Of a DNA stretch of 64,000 nt, positions 36,441 to 49,100 are shown piece after piece; the stretch's first letter is position 1; the number at the start of each line of letters is the position of its first letter. Made by a program: the position numbers and the translations under genes. Origin of the DNA: Paraphysomonas bandaiensis (Eukaryota > Protista > Chrysophyceae); NCBI GenBank assembly GCA_965644295.1, contig CBFFRP010000377.1, forward strand, positions 186,001-250,000. The letters run 5' to 3'. The notes under the pieces were generated by a model. It saw nothing but the letters and a program-made list of their open reading frames with translations. It did no database searches and was not told where the DNA came from.

Positions 36441-37657
36441 GCGTACTGCAGCAAGCGTCGAGCACTCGGAGTGTGCTGCCTCTTCAAATATACGCGCTTC
36501 TCGTCATCTCATCTGCAGCCTTGTCATCATACTGCTGTATGCACAGTACAGCACTGTATACGTATACACAGCTAGATCACTGTATACCGTCTCTGTATAT
36601 CATAATATACTGTACCATATAAAGCCTCACAGGAGCAGCAGTGCCAGTGTGGACACGCACAGCCGGCAGTTCCAGTTGCTTCGATTGGAAGATGTATGCA
36701 CTGTGCCTAGTTGGGCACGATCATGAGCTCTCCGCTCTCATTGAACATGACAAACACAGAGTGACGGAGTGCTTCGATCATGATTGACCAGCAAGAGGCC
36801 CGTACAGTGATGTGATGATACGACAGCCGGTACTGTTGCTGCAGTGAGTGCATTGAACAGATTGAACATATATGTCGCGACCCTACATCATTTTATCTCT
36901 GGCTATTGTAAACCACTCCCTCTTCCCATCTTACCCGAATACTGCAGGATTTGGTGATATTCTTTTAGTTTATTTAAACGCACTTAAGAAATGCTACATA
37001 CAACTACCTGGTTGCAGGTATAGGAAACAACGTCTACTACCGTGATCTTTAAATCATGATGGACAGTTAGCGAACTCCGATAAAGCGTCTGTATGATTTT
37101 CTGGTATACACTGCAGTCTCAGTAGTGTTTGATGTGATGCTGCCCTTGCTTAGGGGCCTTTCTTTTCACTACATTATTGTTGTTACAGGCATATACTGAG
37201 CACTGTTATGATACGTGCGTATTATAGAGTGACTAGTGTTAAAAAATATGTAGTGGTGTAAAGTGTAAAATATTTACCATATGAGAGAAGACAAAACAAA
37301 CTGAACTATCTTGTCAATACAAGATATTTTGGATGAAAGGTCGTTGACGTTCACGAGCGACAGATTTCGTGCCACAACTCCATTGTTTAGTAATAAGTCA
37401 ATCTATTTTACTGGACTTTGACTTGTCTTACTTCTTTCTAGCGACGTGACATCAAAAAATAATTTCGGACAATCTATAGGGAATAGGGCTAGTGACAAAA
37501 GCATACGCCATAAATATAAATTATGTATGTCGTGAAAATCAAGGTGAATACAAACCTATATATGACTTGAGGCTTGTAGCAATCCTTTTTTCCTGCATTA
37601 ATTGTCACCAATATTCAATATTTTATTTCGTAGCATATAAAATTTAACATTGTGTCA

Positions 37658-38161
37658 CCCTCAACAACGTCGGACTCGCACCTTGTCGTGGTGTTCTGGG
37701 GATAAGTACCGGAGATATTTCTCCAGGAAACTAACGTGAGCCGCATATATCATATATATATATAGCATATAGTCGGCAGATATTGTTCTGTCCACTCATA
37801 GCAAACTACTTGTGTGGTATACAAGAGACACTAAGAAGAGGTGTCGCTTGTGTAGACGTCTTTGGGCCTTGACGAATATGCAGGCATCCGGGAATGAGCC
37901 CACCTCTAGGGCATCCGGGAATGAGTCAAGCACCCGGGCTGTTCACCTTAAGGACCCAGAAGTCTTGAAGACAACAGATGTCAGGTATATCAACATTCCA
38001 CTTGCTCACTGCATTTGCTTTGAGTAATAGAGCGAGCAAAACGGGTTGCTCCTTGGTGCTTGCGATTACGCACAAGCAGGTTTCGTAGCGTTAAATAGTA
38101 GGATATCAGCGTTAAGCACTGACTCTTAAACGCCTATTGCTAATAATAAGACATTCACTAC
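37658..38161 (+). mobile_element. Family-X non-coding element, full-length copy
   Basis: Starts CCCTCAAC. 13-bp TSD TAACATTGTGTCA at 37645-37657 and 38162-38174. Confidence 0.92.
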
Positions 38162-38365
38162 TAACATTGTGTCATCTTGAAAATAAATACCTCATTTCAG
38201 TACATGACAACGACGGGTGTTTGGTATTTGGTAATAAAATGTTGATGTCTTAAATTTGACATTTAAATAGGTACTCAGACGTGTAAACAAAATGTGACAT
38301 ATTTCTTTCTACAACAATGGTATACAGGCTCTATATCATAAGATATTAAATAATACTATATAGCT

Positions 38366-39198
38366 CTACAGTTTTTTAAAGACCCCATGTACGAAAACAC
38401 GACGCATTTCAATTCCTTTTTTTCTATTGCGATTTATCACTGTGGCATATTTAAGTTCTAATGGAGTGAAACCGCACTGTAAACAGAGGTCGGATACATA
38501 CTCAATGTCAAAATAGTAGGAAAGGGTACCATCTGCTCTTTCGTATAAATTTTCTCCTCTTCGAGTTTCATGTCGCAGCATTGTCATATCGAATATCCCA
38601 TAATCGCGAAATAGCACTACCCCCCCGACATTCAAGATGTTGTGAACATTTTCCATCGCTGATATATGGTCATCGGGATGAACAGCCGATAGTGCAAATA
38701 TCATCAAAACGGCATTGACTGGTGAAGCAGAAAATGTATGTGTTTTCGTAATATCCCACTTCTCCACCTGTATCCTAGACGAATCAAACTTCTTATTGCC
38801 AGCAAAAATTTGTAGAGCGTCATGACTGTAATCAGTTGCAATAAAAGAAAGATCAGGGAATCTATCCAACAATGGGAAGATGCTACAACCATATCCACAC
38901 CCCACCTAAGTACGACATAAGATAAGTAAGATAAGAAAAAACGGCCAACCTCCAATACACACGCTGATTGTCCAGAGAGCCACTTTTCAAACTCCACACT
39001 TAGATATTTGCGTGGCTTGAAGAAATTTCCGGTTACATGACTTTGATAGAAGTTATTCCACCGGGAATATTGTTCTTCGTCACAGTTATCCAGCGGCTTA
39101 ATTAGCGGCAGAGGGCGCTCCGCACACTGCACTCGCCATTCGTCGAAATCAAAATCACAGTCAAAGTAAGAAGCGTCTCGAGGAGCAGAAGATGTCAT
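38366..39198 (-). CDS. METTL6: tRNA N3-methylcytidine methyltransferase (METTL2/6/8, Trm140 family), 2 exons
   Basis: Motifs WNNFY..NFFKPRKYL..EF, LE|VGCGYG, IFALSAVHP, FRDYG, YERADGTLSYYF. Confidence 0.85.
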
Positions 39199-39343
39199 GA
39201 TGAAGATGCCAATTTGTCGATTCTCAACCGTATTGGCACTCCACAGTGCGATCAAAGCACAGTCTCATGACCACATCGACTCACATCGTCCGTCTCTCTG
39301 ATTCTTTCATCTGATTGGAGTGCTGCTTCTCGTAGGAGCTGAA

Positions 39344-41131
39344 TTTTGATTGGCTGAGAGCCAGCCACACCATATTTTCACCGTTTTTTTGACTTGGTTT
39401 CGATATCTGTGTGAGTATTCAGATCCGACGAGAGATCATCATCATCATGCATTTGTTCCTGCTCAGCATGAAATGGTATGCTTCAATGAATTGCTTGTAA
39501 TCTTCCACCTTCAGAAGTAATTTTCAGGTACTATAGAGTCACCCGTGTATGCACCATGGTGCTCAAAGCGATGCATAAGTAGTCCCGAGACGGTTGATCC
39601 ATCACTATATAATATAGCAAACCAAGTAGTAAGTGTATAGATACAAACCTAGATTCTAGACACAATCGTTCTCATGTAATAATCAGATATTCCTATGTAG
39701 AGTCACCCATGTGTAATGTGTAATTTCATCAACTATGTTCCCATTTATACGGTGGCATGAAATTGAGATCACAACAACAAAAATACTTGTGGTTAACACT
39801 AGTCGGTTCGTAGGTATGCGATTGCAACAGTATCCTTTTTATAAAGTTTGTAGAACAATCCCAATCTGCTCTCGCTGTATAAATTTTCTGCAAAAATATC
39901 TATAATCTCGACTGGTCCCCCAAAGAATTACAAGAGTAGCTTTTACTAGTATCAATCACACTACAATGGCATTTATGCGTAGTATTGATCTGGTTCTACG
40001 AATTACCCAATGTAATACACAAGCATTCTATCACTGCCTGATGATAACGTCGTATAATTTATAATGTATATATAATATATTGTTGTGACATAATTAAAGT
40101 GCCACCAAAACAATATCGCTTACTCTAGTAGCCACTATTAGATAATAGAATGGAAATGTATTATTTCAGAGTTGTTGTGATTCTATATTTGCTGATTTAA
40201 GTACATACATACATACTCAATACTCAATATACAATATAGCATAGTGAGTGAAGCTTAGAGCATTGCTACATACTACATACATGATCAACGCAGGGGAAGT
40301 CACATAGTAAGTTATTATTCGAATTGTGTAATTTTAAGCCCATTACTAACCGCCAACATGCCAGTAACACATAAGACATAACCACAGCTCCCTCTACTGA
40401 CTGTAAGAGTAGATACTAATCTCTAAACTACATTGTCACTGAAATACTGATGTGAGGGTTACTAATACATAGCACTCCACTTCAGCATCAAGGCTTCCAT
40501 TTAGTGCTGAACTTTTTATAATCTTGAGAACTATGGGTTTACGAATACAAGCACTTATATTCATAGGGAGCCTTGCTGGAAATACAGCCGTTCCATTCTA
40601 AGCTTCACCATCATACCACCATAAAGTATAGTAGGTACATACTACTTCACTCTTCAACACTGACTGCAATCCTGGTAATGGAGAATGTCTTATCATCGCG
40701 GTCAGTTCTGTACCCACAATCCTCAAGCAGCCTACTGATCCTTCCATTCATCTGTGATTTCCAATCAGACAGACATTCATAAGAAACTATTTCCGATAAG
40801 ACGAACATACCTATTACGTAAACTCTTTGCCCCGTAACTTTATTATTATCTGCTTCATGGGACAATGATGAATTGAGATCCTCATATTTCTTGCGCACCT
40901 GCATAGTTGATGAATGAGGCGAGTTGAGATATTACACATGGGTGACTCTACAGTGCCTGAAAATTACTTCTGAAGGTGGAAGATTACAAGCAATTCATTG
41001 AAGCATACCATTTCATGCTGAGCAGGAACAAATGCATGATGATGATGATCTCTCGTCGGATCTGAATACTCACACAGATATCGAAACCAAGTCAAAAAAA
41101 CGGTGAAAATATGGCTCTCAGCCAATCAAAA
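39344..41131. repeat. ~200-bp inverted repeat pair (arms ~39344-39544 and ~40940-41131) around a ~1.4-kb spacer
   Basis: The arms are near-identical reverse complements with one 9-nt indel and a few substitutions. No TSD found. Confidence 0.92.
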
Positions 41132-41318
41132 GTGCTGGATTGGTTCGTATTTTGTGTATATGGACGTATGTACGAGTGGACACAGTCCACAGCCACTCCG
41201 CTGTATACGGTATACTGGGCATATACAGGACTGTACTGAGGAGTGGATGCTGTACGAGACACTCAGTGACAGTGAGAGGTGGAATCAACGTTCCACGGGA
41301 CAGAAGCACTGTGAGAGG

Positions 41319-44300
41319 ATGCGAGGAGTGAAGAGAAAGACCACGTCTCTGAATGAGGGCATAAGGAACCAGCTGGGTCTAAGTCCTTCCCCCCATAGCA
41401 GCAGGAAGAGGAGCAGGACCAGGAAGGAGGTCAGTTGCACTGGAGTTGTGTTGAGATGACTCATAACGATACTAAAACAGATTCGAAAGGAGCTTCGGGC
41501 TGCAAAGCGACAGAAGTCGCGTCCCACATCTTCCACTAAACAAAAACAAGAGCAGCCGAAGCTCATCTCAGAGGATCCGAAACCATCCGAGTCGACTAAA
41601 CCTACAAAGAAACAGAGAACGGAGCCTACTCGTGATAGACCCAGCAATATGCGCCCCGAATATGTCGATCCTGAAGACGAGGAAATTGCCCGTTTAGAGA
41701 AACTTTTGGGAGTGTCTAAAAAAGGTTGCATATGTCTATTCGCTCCCATAGTTGTAATTTGCACTCTGGTGTAGATAAGAAGAAGAGCGCAAAGAAACTC
41801 AACAAAGAGTTTGAACTTTATGAGGTATATGTTCATATTCGGAATACACGTTTCATCTCCATATGTACAGGGTATTAGTGGAAACCTGGGCGATTTTTTG
41901 TTGAAGTTAGATGACCTCTCTAGTAGTATGTGTGGTGGCGGAGAGGGGGGAGAGTGGAGAAGCATCCTAGGAGGGAGTGATATCGAAAGCGATAATGATG
42001 ATATGGAAGAAAAGCATCACATCATTGACGATAGTGAGCAGGAAGTGTCCGATGTAGACTATTCGGATGACGAGGACGAGGAGGAAGAAGAGATGGAAGA
42101 AGGGAACGAAACGGAGTCTTTGAAAAGCAAGAATGCGGAGGAGATTCATGCCGATGTGTATCGGCCTAGGCCGGGAGAGGATATATATGGACGGCCAGTG
42201 ACCCAAGAGACAAGTGCAGTGCCAGGGAAATATGTGCCACCTGCCCGCCGTAATCAGCAACCAGAGAAGCAAACAAATATTATAGCGGAGGTGGGCCGGA
42301 TGTTGTTGTGGTACCGTCAAGAAATGATTTGAGCTAATGTTTCACGTACTTAGGACGATGAAAAAGCACGAATGATCCGCCGGATTGTCAATGGACAACT
42401 TAATCGGTGCAGATCAACTCCTTTCAGCATCATACTCTAGCTGACGAATTTGTGTTTCTTGCAGGCTGTCGGAGCAGTCCAGAGACTCTGTCCTCCGAGC
42501 TATTGCAGGTGAAGACTGTCACTCTTTATGTACTCCAATGTATCCTCACACTGCACACGTTTTTTCTACTAGATGTATTTCGTGAAAACAGCTTTACCAT
42601 TACATGTACCATACTAAAGGAGTGCCTCATCGCTGTGTGTGCCAACACGAGTCAGCTGATGACAACTCTCGTCCCGCACTATGCCGCACTAGTTGCTGCT
42701 TTACACTTTAGCGTACATAGCGATATTGGTGCATATATGGTGGAGGCACTCACTGTGAAACTGGTGCAGGTAGTTTCGAATTGTATGCAGCCACTTTTTT
42801 AAGGCGTTTAGTAGGAAATAGAGGGTGGGGACACCACTGAAAAGAGTCATGCACTCATAAGCAGTAAAGTGGCGAGTAATGTTTTGGTGCTGCTCGTATA
42901 TCTGTACAATCTACGCGTTGTGCAGCATCGTCTTGTAATGGACATTTTGACGATGGTGGTTCGAGGGAATGATAGACCGATGTCGGAGCAGCGTGCAGAA
43001 TTGGCTTTGTGCGTTGTCGAGCACTGTGGCCCTTCACTACGCTCTGACGATCCCCAGGGTCTGCGCCAGGTTGTTCTCGAAGTTCAGCAGCGTGTGAAAC
43101 AAGAGCAATATGAAGTAGTCGATGGAAGAGTCAGATTTATGCTGGAGGCACTTGCTGACCTTAAAAACAACAAGTCTAGAAGAACTCAGACCGCCAATGC
43201 AGAGATGGTAGCTGCGCTGAGGAAGTGGGTAGGACGTGCAAAAGTTGCAGCTAGGGGCAAAATCAATGGCGTGAGTGGGGCTGCTGAGTCTGGTTTGAAG
43301 GTATCTTTGCAGGACTTGCTACAGGCTGAGACTGTAGGTAGGTGGTGGCGGGCAGGGGCTTATTGGGGAGGAGCTGGGATGCTTCGAGAGTCGGAGGTTG
43401 ACTATGCAGGGAAAGAGGAGAAGCAAGTTAGTGGGGCGCGTAGCTCTACAGATCATGACGAGGAGCAGAAGTTGCTTAAGCTTGCTAAGAAGCTTCACAT
43501 GAATACCTCTGTGCGACGCAATATATTCGTGGTACTCATGAGTAGTAGAGATACTACTGACGCTTTTGAGCGACTTTCTCGGCTTGATCTCAAGGGTAAG
43601 CAGGACAGAGAAGTCATCCGTGTGATTGCAACGTGCTGCGGGTTGGAAAATACTTACAACGAGTTCTACGCTGAATTGGCCACAGTTTTTTGTCTCCAGA
43701 ATCGTCAGAACAGGACAACTCTTCAATTTGTATTCTGGGACCTGTTCAAGGTATTGACATCGCCCGATGAGGCTGCTATGAAAGAAAGTAGCATAGAGCG
43801 GAAGGCAATTAATATGGCTCGAATGCTTGCATGCTTGGTATCAAATTTTCAGCTCTCTCTTTCCGTTCTAAAAGTGATCGATATGGCGGATTTATCCTCT
43901 CAAATGATGCTCTTTCTGGCCACATTCTTTCTCGCTCTGTTTTCAGTGAAGGTATTTTTCAGCGCGTTACAGTATGTTGCTAAAATTCCACTTATCAGAT
44001 TACGGAGGAGGCTTTCGCTGGTGTGCTGGATCGAGTTGCTACTACTTCTGACTGTCTGGCCGTACGAGAGAATGTTTTGGTCTTCCTTCAGGTAATGATA
44101 TGTATTCTTGCTTCAGTATTGTTGAGAACCCTTTACGTGTAGCGACACTTGACTGATTTCCCTTCTGGTCTTCCGAAAGAAGAACTAAAGATTATGCAGA
44201 AGCGACGCCTAAAAACGATTCGAACGATGGAAGCTATGAGTGTACTTGACATAGCAAAAGGATTGAGTAAGGACAAAACCGAACAACATGATGACTACAA

Positions 44301-44319
44301 TGCGGATTTCGGGTTATAA
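41319..44319 (+). CDS. NOM1: Nucleolar MIF4G/MA3 domain protein NOM1/Sgd1, multi-exon
   Basis: Motifs EDEEIARLEKLLG, DIYG, KYVPPARR, NGQLNRLSE, RVRFMLE..DLKNNK, GRWW..GA, MNTSVRRNIF..MSS, KQDREVIRV. Confidence 0.88.
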
Positions 44320-44924
44320 ATGCTACAACTGTACCGTATCATGCCCTAGTTTGCTAATTTGAATATACCATTTAGAAAAAGCAGCGTAGTGTGAGTTTAA
44401 TTAATATGTATTACAAAGTGAGACTACAATATAGAAGCCAAGGAAAGTTATTGTAATCATTTGTTTACCTAAAGTTCGCTTAAATAGATTATGTAAAGCT
44501 GTGCGTTCCTGTAGAACAGAAATTTTCGGGTAATACCATTTATTTTTCAAGTAGTTTGAGTACAACCTACCAATATGTAAACCTCGATTACACTCTGTGT
44601 AAATAATACGTGTATTCGTGTATGAATATTAAAAGTGGGATCATTACTGAATATTTCAAAAGAGTAACGCAAGGTTAAAAATATATCTTACGACAGGAAT
44701 ATATAATACATACGTCAGTGGCTTATTACCTGGGCCTGGTAATCGCTGATGGTAATGACATTACTATTAGTATATGCCAATATAATTGCCGGGACATTTT
44801 TCATTAATAGCATTATAAGTGCCGGCAACTGGGCACCCATTAATGGAATTTACCATTTTTACCATTTACTGGTAACTAATATCTGGATATAATATGCTAT
44901 ATATAGAATGAACTGTTTTTAATA

Positions 44925-45832
44925 TAGTAGTGAGTGTCTGATTATTAGAATATAGGCGTGTAAGAGTCCCTCAACAAAGTCGGACTCGCACCTTTTTGTG
45001 GTGTTCTGGGGGATAAGTACCGGAGAGATTCTCTCTGAGAAACTAACGTGAGCCGCAAACATAGTCAGCAGATATTATTCTTCTGCCCACTCATAGCCGA
45101 ATTCTTGTGTGGTACAAGGGACACCAATAAGTGTCACATGTGTAGACGTCTTTGGGCCCTGACAAATAAACAGGCATCCGGGACAGGACCCACCTGAAGA
45201 GTAACCGGTAACCGGGGTATTGGGCTGCCTGCTGATGTCAAGCATCCGGGGTGGTCGCCCCTTCTTGGTGCTTGCGGCGACGCACAAGCAGCTTCCGTAG
45301 CATTAAATAGTAGGATAAAAAAGTATGTACTGATTAGTTACAGGTAGAGGTCTAACTAGTTTGTCTAGCATTCATCTAGCTACTAAGTTGGAACAGGTTT
45401 TTCTATTGCTAATAATATGACTTTCAATATGGCGTGTAAGAGTCAGAACTAATGTAGCAATTCAACTAACTATAGTGCTTAACTCTGACATCCTACTATT
45501 TGGCGCTACGAAAGCTGCTTGTGCGTTACCGCAAGCACCAGAGTGCAACCACATTCGCTCTCTGTCCTTATAAGAGGTGAAGTAGCCCGGATGTTTGTCT
45601 TTTGACTTCAGTAGGCAACCCAATACCCCGGATGCTCTAGAGGGGGGCCCATTTTCGAATGCCTGTTTATACGTCAAGGCTCAAAGACGTCTATACAAGC
45701 ATTTGGCTATGAGTGGGCTGAACGTTATCTGCTGATTATATATAATATGCGGCTCACGTTAGTTTATTTCCGGTACTTATCTCCTAAAACACCACGACAA
45801 GGTAATAGTACGACTTTATTTATTATTTAGGG
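44925..45832 (-). mobile_element. Family-X element, inverted older copy split by a younger copy
   Basis: 44925-44967 plus 45444-45832 reconstitute the reverse complement of the family consensus. Confidence 0.8.
44968..45430 (+). mobile_element. Family-X element, full-length nested copy
   Basis: Starts CCCTCAACAAAGTCGG. 13-bp TSD GGCGTGTAAGAGT at 44955-44967 and 45431-45443. Confidence 0.92.
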
Positions 45833-46113
45833 ATTTGTTATAAGCGTTTTTATCTACGTAGCTATTAATGGTCATAATGGCCATTATAATTGCTGGGAAT
45901 TAGACTACCCTTAATGTGCCATTAATGGCTACCAGGTCCTACTTATTACTGTTTCACGCATGAAAAAATAGTAGTAAGAAGATACACATAAGAAGCAATG
46001 TTGAGCTGAATTGTGATCTTCATACTAGATACATTTCGATGTTCTTGTAAAGGTCTTGTGAGCAATATAGGAATTATTACTCAGTTGTCAGTTGTAATCT
46101 ACTTTGGTTTGGT

Positions 46114-49100
46114 TAACAGAAGTTGACATTATTTGCTAAGGTTTACTATTCTCAACTGATAAGATGAAATTATAAACATTACATGATAAAGAACCTAAGT
46201 TGTGTTCGATGTGTTCAACACCATTCATTTACTACTATAGTGTACAAACCACACACTCAGTGATCGTATCCTGTATAGTCATCCACTTCTACTTCAGTTT
46301 CATACTACATAATATAATGTACTAATTACATATATATCTTTCGATCCTTGCATCTCACATAATACTGCACTCAATTGCAAGTATATAGAATCTTCAGATC
46401 TCAACACTCCCCCTCAATTGAGTGTTGTACTATGACACCTCCCAGCTATTGAATGCCTGAGATAAAAAAAATTCTTGACAGTAAAATAGACTCATCTCTA
46501 AGTCTAAACCTCTGTCTAAAAAAACTCAGTACCTACTTGCGCCTTCTTTTATCCCTTGGTCCCTCATTAATCACTTCAGTGGAACTCTTAACTTTCTCTC
46601 CAAGATTTCTCTTTCTCTGCTCCATATATGATAAACCAACCAATGACTTTGTATAAATATCTGCTGCTTGTTGCGATGTATGCATATGCACTAACTTAAT
46701 CGTATTGAACTGATTGGGATCCACGTGCTCTCTCACCATGTGATACTTAATCTCAATGTGCTTCGACTTCTTGTGAAACACTGGGTTTTCGGCCAAATCC
46801 TGGGCACTCTGACTGTCGATGAAGAATGGTGTGGGTTTGATGAGCCTCAACTTAATCTCACCCGTCACCCCCCGAACCCATAGCACTTCTTGGAGACCCG
46901 AGTAAATACACTGATACTCAGACTGCATGCTTGACGTTGCCACTGTCGTCTGCAGTTTGGACTGCCAGACTATAGGCCCTCCCGCTGCAAACCCAACGTA
47001 CCCCGACGTGGACTTCCTGGAGAGCTGATCTCCCGCCCAATCCGCGTCAGTAAACATATGGAAGTCGAACCGTCTACTCCCATATTGAATCCCTTTGTCA
47101 ATAGAACCACGAATATATTGCCATACATGTGTTAATAGCTTGCATACTTCAATATTCACCTTATTACTGAACCGAGACAGTACTCCCACTGCATAGGCAA
47201 TATCCGGCCTCGTGTTCATCGATAGATATAGTAATGCACCTATCAGCGGCCGATATGGGAAGTTATCTACTATAAGCTGTTCCTCCTCGGTATGCTCATG
47301 CCGCGCCCCTTTTGCCACTAAATCCATTGCTTCCGCCGGTAGAGGACTCTTCCGTACCTTTCGCGGTGACCCAAGATACTTTTCAAACTTTTCTAAGATC
47401 TTAGCCGCATATACTGATTGGTCAAGACGAATATACTCTGGCGTTCTTGTGACTCGAACATTCAGAAAATGTTCCATCTCGCCCATATCCTTCATATCAA
47501 ACCGGGCACACAGTTGAGCTTTAATATCCTTCACTATGTTGACATCACGACCTAACACTAGGATATCATCCACATATATCGTTAATAATATCAATTCATC
47601 GCCCTTATACTGATAATACAAACACGGGTCTAATACACATGGTTTAAAATGCATAGATCGTATGAATTTATCCAATGTTTTCCACCACGACCGCGGGGAA
47701 CTCCGAAGCCCGTATAACGACTTCTTCAACTTAAAGCAGTACCCCTCAGGCAGCTGAAAGTCCGGAGTTGCCTTCATATATACATCCCCCTCTATATCTG
47801 CATATAGAAATGCGTTAGACACATCCAGTTGATGAATTACCATGTTCATCACGAAAGCTATGGCGATTAACAGTCGCACTGTTACCCCCTTAACAACGGG
47901 TGCGAAATGGTTCGCCCAACCACTCGACTGCTGTCCACAACCGATTGCTACAAGACGAGCCTTATATCGGCGGACCTCTCCCTCCTTATCGTACTTCTTT
48001 CCATAGACGTACTTGGAGTGCAGTGGGACGACTCCGTCCGGTATACGAGTCACCTCCATGGTATCTCGCTTCGCCAAACCCTCTCGCTCTACACGGCGAG
48101 CTCGTCTCCACTCCCTGTGCTCGGCACTCTCCAAGGACTCACGATGTGTCTGAGGCACTGTCGACTCTTCCGCTGACATCCACACTGAGTCTGCCTCCTG
48201 TAAAAGGTCACTCACATCACTCTCATCACTCAAATGATGGATTTGTCCTAACACCGACACATTCGTTACCGTCCTTGGAGTTCTTGCGCGTTTGCCGTGC
48301 GGATGATTCTCGGCAGGGGTCCCTTCCCCCGAAGGTAATGCTGAGTCAGCCTGGGGCTGCACCTGCCCACTTTCCGACTGCTGTGGCACCACTCCGCTGA
48401 TACCGCCGTCACGGTTGTCAGTAACTCTGGCCCTAACCACCCTCTGCGCAAGATCCTCTGTCATCTTCTTGATGTCAGCAATATGAATAGGAGTTTTATC
48501 CTCCACTTGAACCTGGTTACCAGTAACCAACGACCGGTATCCCACAATAAGTCCCTTCCTTATCACCACTCTGTTAGTCTTGTATAGCAGACCACCATCC
48601 TCATGGTGCTTTCCGATAAGATACTCAAACTCACCCGGTTGACGAGCCTCGGGATCTATAGCCACTTGAGCCTCCTCCAGCTCTCTATAATAATCCTGAG
48701 ACCTCTCAGGTACCGATTCATCAAATAATACATGTACCGAGTGTACTACGGTGTCCCCCACTAGCACCTTGTATCCTTTTCGATCAGCTGGATACCCTAT
48801 GAAATAACCTGTCATTGCTTTGTCCTCCCAGTCCTTCCTCCTGTCGGCCTTGGGTGTTAGCACATATGCTTTGCACCCCCATTTCCGTAGCCACGATAGG
48901 CTGGGAACGCTCCCCCTGGGACACACTCATATGGAGACATCCATCCTTGCCACGTCCGAGTTGGCATTCGTCGCACAATGTAACATGCAGTTTGATAAGC
49001 ATCAAACCAGAACGACTTTGGAAGTCCAGATGCCGTCAACATCGTCAGTGTCATCTCCCCAATTGTTCGGAATTTCCTCTCAGACACCGCGTTGAGCTCT

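Larger units (their letters stand above)
44730..45941. mobile_element. hAT-type MITE carrying two nested family-X insertions
   Basis: Imperfect TIRs CTGGGCCTGGTA...TACCAGGTCCTA. 8-bp TSD CTTATTAC at 44722-44729 and 45942-45949. Internal CCATTAATGG motifs are shared with the 36-bp element. Confidence 0.8.

Noticed and set aside
36720-37200. Possible plus-strand partner gene of ACTR1
   Set aside because: Only very short ORFs are present and no spliced model can be supported.
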